Below are positions 55,091 to 64,000 of a DNA stretch of 64,000 nt, one piece after another. This DNA comes from an uncultured Parasphingorhabdus sp. (GTDB taxonomy: Bacteria > Pseudomonadota > Alphaproteobacteria > Sphingomonadales > Sphingomonadaceae). Both the position numbers and the translations under genes were made by a program. The notes below the pieces were generated by a model. It was not told the origin of the DNA. It saw only the letters and a list, made by a program, of their open reading frames with translations, and did not search any database. Every line of letters starts with the position of its first letter. Within the stretch, counting starts at the first letter, position 1. Location of the stretch: the NCBI GenBank assembly GCA_951813595.1, contig CATOTQ010000003.1:10860-74859 (forward strand), in the 5' to 3' direction.

Positions 55091-55156
55091 ACAAGCCAGC
55101 TTGTCAGGGGTTTTTTCAATCCGGCACGTTTTGGAGTTGCGACCTTTGTTAAATTT

Positions 55157-56518
55157 TCAGCCTTGTTGCCCACCTTTAGCGTTATTGGTCGCTGGTTTCC
55201 TCGTGAATTGGAGAAGAGCGATGGCCGCCAGGACGGCTGGCAACATGACGATCAAAAATATTGAACTCGTGGACATGTTCCAGCTTACCAGATAGCCGGC
55301 AACGACCGGGGCGATGATTGCACCGGTGCGCCCAATGCCGACACAGGTTCCAAGGCCGAGCGTTCGAATATGCGTCGGAAAGGTGGTAACGGGGAGGTTG
55401 TACAGCCCGGTCAAAGCGCCACCAAGACCAAAACCCATTAGAAATACGAGCGGATATATTTGCGCTATCGTCGACGCCTTTATCAGACCAAAGACAATTA
55501 CCGCCACCGCACAAATGATGAGGGCAACGCTCAAAATTCGCTCGATGTTCATCCAAGCGGTCAAAGCGGATATTATCAATGAACCTAAAATGCTGCCGAG
55601 CACCCACACGGTCATCGCAAAGAGAGCAAGGTCCAATGAGAGCCCATCTTTGACCAGCAGTTGCGGCAGCCACTTTCCAACACTGTAACTGCCCCAGAAC
55701 ATGGCGAAGAATATCAGCCAAAGCAAAAGTGTTTTGCTAATCATTTCCGGGGCAAGCAGATCGCGAAATCCGCTTCCAAAAGAGGTCGCCGGCGATTCAA
55801 CTTTGGACAAGTTGTGCAGCGGTTCGAGTCTGATCAACTTGAGCGTTTTGTTGACGCCGTTTAGCGCATTGTCTGGAGCCGGGTTTTGCCTGACCCTGAA
55901 TTCAAGCGACTCCGGAACGAAAAAATATGCCAGGATCAGGACAATGAAGCCCATCCCGGAACCGACTAGAAACAAGGCCTGCCATCCATAGACGGTAAAC
56001 AGCATCGGCGCGATTAGACCGGGGACCAGCGAGCCTACGCTAAATCCCATTGTGACCAGGGTAACAGTTGCGCCGCGAAAACGCGCCGGTGAATATTCAG
56101 AAGCCAAAATTGCGGCTGTAGAAATAATACCGCCGACGCCAAACCCGGTAAAAATACGCGCGGTAATCAGTTGTGGTACATCTGTTGCAAATGCGGTTGC
56201 GAACGTCGCCAGCGCCACCAACAATATGGATGGAACAAACACGGTTCGGCGCCCATGGCGATCACTCAATGCTGATAGCACAACCGCACCAATCGACATT
56301 CCGACAAGTTCCGCTGATAGAATATACCCAAGCAGTTCGGGTTGAACGTTCCAGGCTTTCGAAATAACCGGAGCCGCCATCGCGATCGCGATGACGTCAA
56401 ACCCATCAACAAAATTCGCAAAAAAGCAGATGATTACGATCATCACCTGGCGCGGTGAAAAGGTGCTGTCTGCGATACGGGTTTGAATTTCCGTCAGCGA
56501 ATTGGATGGTGCGATCAT
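55157..56518 (-). CDS. MFS transporter, aromatic-acid:H+ symporter-like (PcaK/BenK type)
   Basis: About 12 hydrophobic segments. N-terminal FFANFVDGFDVIAIAMAAPVI and the DRHGRR loop. Confidence 0.8.
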   Translation of the reverse strand: MIAPSNSLTEIQTRIADSTFSPRQVMIVIICFFANFVDGFDVIAIAMAAPVISKAWNVQPELLGYILSAELVGMSIGAVVLSALSDRHGRRTVFVPSILLVALATFATAFATDVPQLITARIFTGFGVGGIISTAAILASEYSPARFRGATVTLVTMGFSVGSLVPGLIAPMLFTVYGWQALFLVGSGMGFIVLILAYFFVPESLEFRVRQNPAPDNALNGVNKTLKLIRLEPLHNLSKVESPATSFGSGFRDLLAPEMISKTLLLWLIFFAMFWGSYSVGKWLPQLLVKDGLSLDLALFAMTVWVLGSILGSLIISALTAWMNIERILSVALIICAVAVIVFGLIKASTIAQIYPLVFLMGFGLGGALTGLYNLPVTTFPTHIRTLGLGTCVGIGRTGAIIAPVVAGYLVSWNMSTSSIFLIVMLPAVLAAIALLQFTRKPATNNAKGGQQG

Positions 56519-56637
56519 CTTACCGGAAATTTGTCGGTTCTGTCATGAATTGATTTCCTCCAGATTTTAACACGATTTTAGAGTAAGCATAATTAATCAC
56601 TTAATCGAATAAAGCCAAGCTAATTTCCAGTCAATTG

Positions 56638-56781
56638 CTAAGGCAAGGGTCTGTTTCCAGCGCATTGATCGAAGGTCTTCACAATGAGCAGAATGCCTTC
56701 GCCGAAATACTTGGCGATGAAGAAGTCACTGCCATCATGAACCTATTTGTTTTGGTGACGACCACGAATATGACAACCTGA
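56638..56781 (+). pseudogene. 3-prime stump of a crotonase gene
   Basis: SALIEGLHNEQNAFAEILGDEEVTAIMNLF aligns with the C-terminus of 54305..55090 (RSLKDGLQEEQNAFVKILDDDDAKAAMRTF). No upstream crotonase body is present. Confidence 0.65.
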
Positions 56782-56932
56782 ACGGGCCTCTATCTTGATC
56801 AGATGGCTTTTCGGCTGCGGTGGGCCAAAACTGTGATTGGATTAATCTATTCAGCGATTGATTTAATTGCCGACCTGCACTATTTAAATCTCAAATCTAG
56901 GTACGATTGGCGTTTATCGAAAGGAGCCACCA

Positions 56933-58144
56933 ATGAAATCTGTTGCAGAAATGGACCTGCCTGAAATTGACATGTTCGATCCGGAATATATGCGCGATCC
57001 GCACTCTTTCTACGCCGAAGCGCGCAAGAAGAGCTGGATCGCCAAACATCAGTTTGGTTATCTGTTGCTCGATTATGACGATATGAAAGCTTTTATGCGC
57101 GATGATGAAAATTGCCGCGAGTTAAACAGAGATATCGTAGCCTTCTGGGAAGCCCAGGATACACCATTCGACCGATTTACGTCACATCAGCTGGTTGCGC
57201 AGCGCGGTGCAGATCATAAAAGATTGCGTGACCTGATCGCGCCGGCATTTACTCCGCGGGCTGCCAACAAGCATCGGGAGTTCATGCGCAAGGTCATAAA
57301 CCAGATATTGGACGAGCATCTGGAAGGTGGAAAATGTGATTTCAACACCATTTCGTCAAAATATCCGATCACAGTTATGTGCAGCCTCATCGGTGTGGAC
57401 GCGAAAGACGTTTCAAAATTCGCTGGCTGGCTTGAGCCGATGGAAGCCGCTTTCGGGATGGACAAGTCAATTCTGCCAGCTATCGATGACGGCATCAAGA
57501 ATATGTATGAATATGTAACCGACGTCGTCGCGGCACGCCGGACCAGCAATGGGGAGCATGATGACCTCTTGCAGGATCTGATCAACGTAGCCGCCGACGA
57601 TGGCGACACCATGTCGGAGGAAGAGCTGCTAACCATGCTTATCCTGCTTCTTGGCGGCGGTTATGATACGACCAAGAACCAGCTCAACCTGATCTTCAAA
57701 CTGTTGATGGACCGCCCCGAGCAAATCGAGCGACTGCAAGCCGATCCAGATTACCTGAGGCCCTTCATCAATGAGGCGATGCGCTTTTTTGCCACGATTG
57801 GCTCGGTGAACCGTCTGCCTGACAGGGATATTGTGTATCGGGACGCAATAATCCCCGCCAATAGCTTTGTTGGTATTCCGCTGACTTTCAGCGGTCGTGA
57901 CCACAGCAAATATGAAAACCCGAATGAATTCGATGCGGACCGCAAGGGCCCACCACATCTGGCCTTTGGCCAGGGCATTCATATCTGTCCGGGTAAGTTT
58001 CTTGCCACTGCGTTACTTGAAGAAGCGATACCGATCATCGTCGACCGGATCAAAAATCCGCGGCTGGATGGAGAGCCGGCCTACCGGTCGCCGCTGGGAA
58101 TCTGGGGATTTACCTCACTACCAATTGCCTATGATGAGGACTGA
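56933..58144 (+). CDS. cytochrome P450 (family A, 403 aa)
   Basis: LLGGGYDTTKN, NEAMRF, HLAFGQGIHICPGKFLA. Confidence 0.9.
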   Translation: MKSVAEMDLPEIDMFDPEYMRDPHSFYAEARKKSWIAKHQFGYLLLDYDDMKAFMRDDENCRELNRDIVAFWEAQDTPFDRFTSHQLVAQRGADHKRLRDLIAPAFTPRAANKHREFMRKVINQILDEHLEGGKCDFNTISSKYPITVMCSLIGVDAKDVSKFAGWLEPMEAAFGMDKSILPAIDDGIKNMYEYVTDVVAARRTSNGEHDDLLQDLINVAADDGDTMSEEELLTMLILLLGGGYDTTKNQLNLIFKLLMDRPEQIERLQADPDYLRPFINEAMRFFATIGSVNRLPDRDIVYRDAIIPANSFVGIPLTFSGRDHSKYENPNEFDADRKGPPHLAFGQGIHICPGKFLATALLEEAIPIIVDRIKNPRLDGEPAYRSPLGIWGFTSLPIAYDED

Positions 58145-58199
58145 GCGGCCGCCTGAATGACCAACGCCGTGCCCTGAAGAGATGGAAGGAGAAACTTGT

Positions 58200-60179
58200 T
58201 TGTCTTATGAAACCGTACTTTCGCAATTGGAGCTTGGTTCGACGACGATCAAGAACCGGATCGCTCGCACGGCCCACGGTACAATGCTGGCATCGATGGC
58301 GCCCGGTGGTTTCAATGATGCGCTGATCGAATATCATCGAGAGCGCGCCATTGGCGGCGTCGGGTTGACGATACTGGAAATCTGTTCCGTCCACCCGTCC
58401 TGCTTTGCCCCCATGCACGCATTCGATCCGGAAATTAAGGATGGATGGAAGCGGATGGCCGATGCGGTAAAGCCGCATGGGATGACTGTGTTCCAGCAGC
58501 TTTGGCATGCCGGGCATAGCGGGCGGCCTCTGGATGGCAGCCCGCCATGGTCGGCCTCGGATATACCCAGCCCGATGCATGGTGTTGTTCCCACGCCCAT
58601 GACAAAAGCTATGATTGACGAGATGGTTGCCGCCTATGCCAAGGCGGCAAGTGACGTAAAGGCAAGCGGCCTCGATGGCCTCGATATCCATTGTGCGCAC
58701 AGCTATCTAATCCAGCAATTTCTCTCACCCGCCACCAATGTTCGCGAAGATGACTATGGCGGTCCAATCGAAAACCGGATGCGCTTCATGATCGAAGTGC
58801 TCGAGGCGATCCGTAGTGAAGTGGGGCGTGATTTTACCGTGGGTGTTCGCTTGTCCTGGGACGGTTTGAAGCACGGTATGACGGTGGCTGAAAATGTTCT
58901 GGTCCTGGAAGAGTTGCAGCGTCGGGATTTGATTGACTATGTCAATCTGTCGCAAGGAAGCTACTTTTCCTACGCCCCCATGATTGCACCGATGAGCGAA
59001 CCAACCGGATATATGATGCCGGTTAATGAGCCTTTGCTGAAAGCACGCAAGGTTCCTGCCATTGTTACCGGCCGTTTCCGAACTCTGGAAGAGGCGGATC
59101 AGATCATCCGGCAAGGCGATGCCGAAATGGTGAGCATGGTGCGCGCTACTATCGCTGATCCCCATCTGGTGAAAAAGACAGAGGAGGGACGCGAGGAAGA
59201 AATACGACCTTGCATTGCCTGTAACCAGGTTTGCGCGGCAAATATCAACAAGGGCGGGTTGCTACCATTCCTGCCAATCGGTTGTGCGGTCAATCCCTAT
59301 GCCGGTAAGGAATCAACCTTGGCGCAGCCTGAACCGGCTGAAAAATCGAAAAAGGTAATAGTCGTTGGCGGTGGTCCCGCAGGTATGGAAGCCGCCCGGA
59401 TCGGCGCCGAACGGGGGCATAATGTCACATTGTTTGAGGCTGCAAAGGAACTTGGCGGCCAAATTAACATGGCGAAAAAGGCTCCGTTTTTGCACACGAT
59501 TGCGGACGTGACCGATTGGCAGGAGCGGGAACTATACAGGCTCGGCGTTGATGTCAGGCTCAGCTCTTATGTCGAACCCGATGAGATTATGGCGGAGAGC
59601 CCCGATGCGGTAATTATCGCAACCGGCTCCATGCCGCGCAAGGATGGCTGCAGTTTGAAAGAGCCATCGCTGCCAGCGACCGGTGTCGAACAGGCGCATG
59701 TCTTTTCTAGCCATGAAATCATGATGAGCCCGCCTGAGGCGAAGGGGCGCACGGTTTTGATCGCCGATGATGTTGGACATTATGAGGGGATTGCGGTTGC
59801 GGAATTTTTGCAAGCGCGCGGCGGCAATATCGTCTATGTCTCCCGGCATGGTTTCTTCACGCCCGATATGGTTTTTGCCTTTCGGGCGGAGCCAGCGATC
59901 AAGCGGCTCGCAAAGGGCGGTGAATTCCGCAACATACCAAATGCCTATGTGCAACGAATATCGAACAAGGATGTCACCATCCTGTCGGATCATGGTGTGA
60001 CGGAAGAAACCGTGGATGCGGATATCGTAGTTATGGTTTCCCACAATCGTCCTGAAAAAACCCTGTTCGAAGCATGCGGGGATAAAATCGAAGAGCTGCA
60101 CCTGGTTGGTGACGCCAATTCGCCGCGATATATCGAAGCCGCTATTCGTGAGGGGCATATGGCGGGTAGCAGTATTTAA
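58200..60179 (+). CDS. OYE-family FMN / 4Fe-4S / FAD-NAD(P) oxidoreductase (2,4-dienoyl-CoA reductase FadH / BaiCD-like), copy 1
   Basis: OYE domain (QLWHAGH, HCAHSYLIQQFLSP), Cys cluster CIACNQVC, then VVGGGPAGMEAA. The TTG 58200 start aligns with the copy 2 N-terminus (the ORF track gives ATG 58182). Confidence 0.85.
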   Translation: MSYETVLSQLELGSTTIKNRIARTAHGTMLASMAPGGFNDALIEYHRERAIGGVGLTILEICSVHPSCFAPMHAFDPEIKDGWKRMADAVKPHGMTVFQQLWHAGHSGRPLDGSPPWSASDIPSPMHGVVPTPMTKAMIDEMVAAYAKAASDVKASGLDGLDIHCAHSYLIQQFLSPATNVREDDYGGPIENRMRFMIEVLEAIRSEVGRDFTVGVRLSWDGLKHGMTVAENVLVLEELQRRDLIDYVNLSQGSYFSYAPMIAPMSEPTGYMMPVNEPLLKARKVPAIVTGRFRTLEEADQIIRQGDAEMVSMVRATIADPHLVKKTEEGREEEIRPCIACNQVCAANINKGGLLPFLPIGCAVNPYAGKESTLAQPEPAEKSKKVIVVGGGPAGMEAARIGAERGHNVTLFEAAKELGGQINMAKKAPFLHTIADVTDWQERELYRLGVDVRLSSYVEPDEIMAESPDAVIIATGSMPRKDGCSLKEPSLPATGVEQAHVFSSHEIMMSPPEAKGRTVLIADDVGHYEGIAVAEFLQARGGNIVYVSRHGFFTPDMVFAFRAEPAIKRLAKGGEFRNIPNAYVQRISNKDVTILSDHGVTEETVDADIVVMVSHNRPEKTLFEACGDKIEELHLVGDANSPRYIEAAIREGHMAGSSI

Positions 60180-60193
60180 TAATTGGCGAGACG

Positions 60194-60715
60194 ATGATGG
60201 ACGGTCAGATGAACGAAACGGCGCTGCACACTGCAATTGCACGGCAAGATATACTTCAGGCGCTAGCGCGCTACGCAAGAGGGATTGATCGCGGAGATGT
60301 GGAATTGGCCAAAAGCGCCTACCATCCCGACGCAACGGATAACCACGGTGGCCCTTTCAATGGCAATGCCCATGAAGTGATGGAAAAGATCGCGATGGCT
60401 TTGGCCAGTGCGGAGTATTTTCGCCATCAGGTCACCAATAGCGTGATCGAAGTAGAGGGTGATCGTGCCTTTGTTGAATCCCATCACTTCTCGCTGACAA
60501 TCCCCAAGGATTCTGATGTCGAAGAGCATGTCTATGGCCGTTATCTGGATGTTTTTGAATGTCGCGATGGCGAATGGAAGGTTCTGCGCCGCGAGGTCAC
60601 TGTCGATCATTCGAACTGCCCGCCGCGTTCGGAACCCTATCATGCTCAGGACAAATTCTTCAATGGTACGCGTGATAAGCAGGATCGTAGTTACGCACTA
60701 TTCGCAGGAGAATAG
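60194..60715 (+). CDS. SnoaL_4-type NTF2-fold protein
   Basis: RQDILQALARYARGIDRGDVELAKSAYHPDA. Confidence 0.7.
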   Translation: MMDGQMNETALHTAIARQDILQALARYARGIDRGDVELAKSAYHPDATDNHGGPFNGNAHEVMEKIAMALASAEYFRHQVTNSVIEVEGDRAFVESHHFSLTIPKDSDVEEHVYGRYLDVFECRDGEWKVLRREVTVDHSNCPPRSEPYHAQDKFFNGTRDKQDRSYALFAGE

Positions 60716-60717
60716 TC

Positions 60718-62691
60718 ATGTCAGCCTATCCTCATGCGCTTTCCGAGATTGAAATCAATAGCGTAACTCTGCCCAATCGGATCGTCAGGCCCGCGCATGT
60801 TACCATGCTGGGCCTTGATGATCCCAGCGGGATCAGTGACACGTTGATCAACTATCATGTTGCCCGTGCGAAGGGCGGGGTGGGCCTGACGATATTGGAG
60901 ATTTGCTCCGGTCACATGGCGAGTCCGGCGACGCTGAACTCCTTTAATCCCGCTTTGCCAGATGGCTACAAGCGTCTCGTCGAAGCTGTGCGCCCACATG
61001 GGATGAAGCTGTTTCAGCAGCTTTGGCATGGCGGGCATAATGCAAGACCGCTTGATGGCGGCCCGCCCTGGTCAGCGTCTAACGTTCCGGGTCCGATTGT
61101 TGGCGTGCCCGCGATCCCAATGACCAAGACAATGATCGACGAGGTGATCGGCAGCTACGTGCTCTCAGCCAAGGTCGCAAAAGACAGCGGCATTGATGGA
61201 GTGGAGGTGCATGGATCGCACGGATATCTCTTGCAACAATTTCTGTCGCCTCTAACCAATCACCGCGATGATGAATATGGCGGCAGTTTTGAAAACCGCG
61301 CCCGCCTGTTGCTGCAGGTCTTGTCAGCCGTTCGCGAAGAGGTTGGACCCGATTACCCAGTTGGTCTGCGCATTGGTCCCGATTGCGCCGAAGGTGGCTT
61401 TGGCGTCGAGGATTGTATCCAGCTCGTTAAGCTCGTCGAAAGCGAGGCTCAGATCGATTTTTTTGATGTCTCGCAAGGCAGCTATTTCAATATTCCCAAA
61501 ATCATCGGCGGCATGCATGAACCGCAGGGCTACCAGATGGAAAGCAGCGCCCAGATAACGGCAGTGGCCAGCGTGCCAACTTTGGTAACAGGGCGTTTCA
61601 GAACAATCGAAGAGGTTGAACAAACCATCAGAGTGGGAGAAGCTGATATGGTCGGGATGGTTCGCGCGACCATAGCCGATCCTGATCTTGTCGCCAAAAC
61701 CATGCGCGGCGAGGAAACGGGCGTAAGGCCCTGTATCGGATGCAATCAAGGCTGCATTGGCCCGCAAATGGATCGCAGGGGACCATTGGGCTGCACCGTA
61801 AATCCGGCCGTCGGCTTTGAAGACAAACTCGACGATAATATAATCGGCAAAGCAGAAACGCCCAAAAAGGTACTAGTTGTTGGCGGCGGTCCGGCTGGCA
61901 TGGAGGCCGCTCGGGTTGCGGCCAGTCGCGGGCATGAGGTCGTCTTGTGTGAGGCCGACAAGGATTTGGGTGGAAAGCTTCGATTGGCAAAACAGGCGCC
62001 CTACCGCGCCAGCATCGGCGACGTTGCAACCTGGCTTGAGGCCGAAATCTACCGACTTGGTGTTGATGTCAGGCTCAACAGCTACATTGACGAAGAGGAC
62101 CTGACGGACATTGCACCAGATGCAGTAGTTATCGCGACTGGCTCTCTCCCCAATCTGGAGAAGCTCAACAATGGCCGGCCAAACCAACAGGATGTCCGAG
62201 GTAATCTAGGACTGTTGAGCAGTTTCGACGTCTTCGCAAAACAGCCTGAGGCGGGCGACGGTCCCTATCTGATCCAGGATGATGTCGGCCACTATGAAGG
62301 TGTTGCGGTTTGTGAGCGTTTGCTCTCGGCTGGTATTGAAGTGCATTATGTGACACGGCACCCGTCATTCGCTCCCTTGATGGCGCCGGCACTGACATCG
62401 GAACCGGCGCTCGAGCGGCTGTCGGCCTATGACAGTTTCACGCTCCACACCTTGGCCTCAATCGAGCAGGCTGGTGCCGGCCAGATTGAAATCAGGTCGT
62501 CAGGCCGAAAGCCCGAAACAGTTGAAGTAAGCGCGGTGGTCGTAATTTCAGAAATGGGCTCACCGCATGATCTGTTCGATAGCGCGAAAAGCCTTGCAGC
62601 AGAAGCTCACCTCATTGGCGATGCTAAAAGTCCACGCTTTCTTGAAACGGCCATTAGGGAAGGGCGGCGCGTCGCACTCGCATTGTCATAG
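60718..62691 (+). CDS. OYE-family FMN / 4Fe-4S / FAD-NAD(P) oxidoreductase (FadH/BaiCD-like), copy 2
   Basis: QLWHGGH, HGSHGYLLQQFLSP, CIGCNQGC, VVGGGPAGMEAA. Confidence 0.85.
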   Translation: MSAYPHALSEIEINSVTLPNRIVRPAHVTMLGLDDPSGISDTLINYHVARAKGGVGLTILEICSGHMASPATLNSFNPALPDGYKRLVEAVRPHGMKLFQQLWHGGHNARPLDGGPPWSASNVPGPIVGVPAIPMTKTMIDEVIGSYVLSAKVAKDSGIDGVEVHGSHGYLLQQFLSPLTNHRDDEYGGSFENRARLLLQVLSAVREEVGPDYPVGLRIGPDCAEGGFGVEDCIQLVKLVESEAQIDFFDVSQGSYFNIPKIIGGMHEPQGYQMESSAQITAVASVPTLVTGRFRTIEEVEQTIRVGEADMVGMVRATIADPDLVAKTMRGEETGVRPCIGCNQGCIGPQMDRRGPLGCTVNPAVGFEDKLDDNIIGKAETPKKVLVVGGGPAGMEAARVAASRGHEVVLCEADKDLGGKLRLAKQAPYRASIGDVATWLEAEIYRLGVDVRLNSYIDEEDLTDIAPDAVVIATGSLPNLEKLNNGRPNQQDVRGNLGLLSSFDVFAKQPEAGDGPYLIQDDVGHYEGVAVCERLLSAGIEVHYVTRHPSFAPLMAPALTSEPALERLSAYDSFTLHTLASIEQAGAGQIEIRSSGRKPETVEVSAVVVISEMGSPHDLFDSAKSLAAEAHLIGDAKSPRFLETAIREGRRVALALS

Positions 62692-62722
62692 TTGAACTAG
62701 CTGGGAACAGGAATACACTATC

Positions 62723-63949
62723 ATGACTCACTATGACATAGTCATTGTTGGTTCTGGCCATGCCGGTGCCCAGGCTGCAGTGAGCTTGCGGCAACAAAAG
62801 TTCGCGGGCTCGATCACCATTGTCACCCGCGAAACGGAGCTGCCCTATGAGCGCCCACCGCTGTCGAAGGAATATTTGGCTGGAGATAAGCCCTTTGAAC
62901 GGCTGTTGTTGCGTCCTCCCGAATATTGGGACAAGAATGAAATTGAAATAATATCCGGCGAAGAGGTGGTGTCTGTCGATCCCGCTGCGCATAGGGTCGC
63001 GCTGGGTAATGGCGACACACTGGGTTATGGCAAGTTGATCTGGGCGGCTGGCGGCGATCCACGACCTCTACCGGTTCCGGGCGGCGATCTGCGGGGAGTT
63101 TTTGGCATTCGCACGCGCGCGGATGTTACCGGTATCATGGACAGGTTGGATGACATTCGGCAGGTGGTGATTGTCGGCGGTGGCTATATCGGGCTGGAGG
63201 CGGCGGCCGTCTTCACCAAGCTAGGTCGCAGGGTGATTTTGCTGGAAGCGCTCGACCGTGTTCTGACACGTGTGGCTGGCGAAGATTTGTCAGCATTTTA
63301 TGAAGGCTTTCATCGCGCGAAAGGTGTCGATCTGCGGACCGATGTTGTGATTGAGACGATTACAGGCGGGAAGACGGCCGAGGGCGTGAAGCTTGCGGAT
63401 GGAGAAATCCTGCCAGCCGACATTGTGATCGTTGGCATCGGCATTGTGCCATCTGTTGCACCGCTGATTGATGCTGGTGCGGAAGGGGGCAATGGCGTCT
63501 AGGTCGATGAATATTGTCGGAGCAGTTTGGCTGACATCTATGCCATTGGTGATTGCGCTGCGCATCACAATGATTTTGCGGAAGGTGCGGAAACTAGGCT
63601 GGAATCGGTTCAGAACGCGAATGATCAGGCCAAGGTTGCAGCGATGCATATTTGCGGAAATGCCAAACCTTACAATGCGATCCCGTGGTTCTGGTCCGAT
63701 CAATTTGATCTGAAGCTGCAAACTGTTGGTCTGTCGGCCGGTTTTGATCAGACGGTTACGCGCGGCAATCCTGATCAAAACAGTTTTTCTATTGTCTATT
63801 TGAAGGAAGGCAAGGTCATTGCGCTTGATTGTGTCAATGCAGTCAAGGATTATGCGCAGGGTCGCAAGCTAGTTGAAGCAAGGGCGGAAATCGCACCGCA
63901 CCAGCTCAATGATACGGAAACACCGCTCAAAGCCATGTTGGAGGTTTAA
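62723..63949 (+). pseudogene. NAD(P)H:ferredoxin reductase (putidaredoxin-reductase type) interrupted by an in-frame TAG at 63500-63502
   Basis: IVIVGSGHAGAQ, VVIVGGGYIGLEAA, then ..GNGV[TAG][21 protein letters not shown] continues in the same frame to 63949. Confidence 0.8.
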
Positions 63950-64000
63950 GGGTAATTGGTGATCGAAAATCAACGCCTTTTGCCGTTGGAAGGCGGCCGT

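Noticed and set aside
55091-55156. Possible terminator (GGGGTTTTTTC) between the convergent crotonase and MFS genes
   Set aside because: The T-run is present, but the only upstream stem I could draw (ACAAGC/GCTTGT) leaves a 2-nt loop, which is sterically implausible.
63500-63502. TAG as a recoded (pyrrolysine or suppressed) codon in the ferredoxin reductase
   Set aside because: No pyl genes or readthrough context are visible. The aligned position is an ordinary hydrophobic residue that a TTG codon would explain. A mutation or sequencing error is more likely.
1-64000. CRISPR arrays, tRNA/rRNA genes, integrase/transposase genes, toxin-antitoxin or defence systems
   Set aside because: The intergenic spaces are short (mostly under 250 bp). 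They showed no regularly spaced direct repeats, no cloverleaf-like segments and no recombinase-like ORFs. The only long repeat is the 1187-bp duplication. I cannot exclude small ncRNAs.

Overview
Gram-negative (proteobacterial-type) accessory DNA of roughly 50% GC. All calls come from reading motifs by eye; no searches were run. The left edge (1-2256) holds the start of a leftward F-type conjugation operon (pilin, a damaged traL, traE) plus HTH and AlpA-type regulators, so the window probably lies on a plasmid or ICE. The remaining ~60 kb is one dense catabolic island for a hydrophobic alicyclic, terpenoid or steroid-like substrate. It contains 7 intact cytochrome P450 genes in two paralog families plus one P450 stump. 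It also has one adrenodoxin-type ferredoxin, a ferredoxin reductase interrupted by an in-frame TAG, a type I Baeyer-Villiger monooxygenase and a Rieske oxygenase. Two paralogous cytoplasmic molybdopterin oxidoreductases and two OYE/FAD (FadH/BaiCD-like) reductases are present. There are 8 SDRs plus one stump, 2 crotonases plus one stump, and a thiolase-fold protein. CoA chemistry is covered by a family III CoA-transferase, an acyl-CoA synthetase and a PaaI thioesterase. Esterases, a TonB-dependent receptor, an MFS transporter, and TetR and tandem-Lrp regulators complete the set. About 10 small SRPBCC or NTF2-like proteins are scattered through the island. The most unusual content is as follows. 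(1) Four paralogs of an uncharacterised ~330-aa protein (motif G-x-RD-H/R-S-x-G-x-R) sit beside P450s and beside three small-molecule kinases (two APH-fold, one CPT-like); one block reads P450 / unknown / kinase / kinase / unknown / P450. (2) A TPP-dependent E1alpha/E1beta operon has a Rieske oxygenase inserted and its E2 split into separate lipoyl and catalytic genes. (3) A 1187-bp identical segmental duplication carries a tandem SRPBCC pair. (4) Several gene stumps and pseudogenes point to recent mosaic rearrangement. (5) Shared AT-rich motifs and palindromes recur in the promoter regions. I saw no rRNA, tRNA, CRISPR, transposase or integrase.
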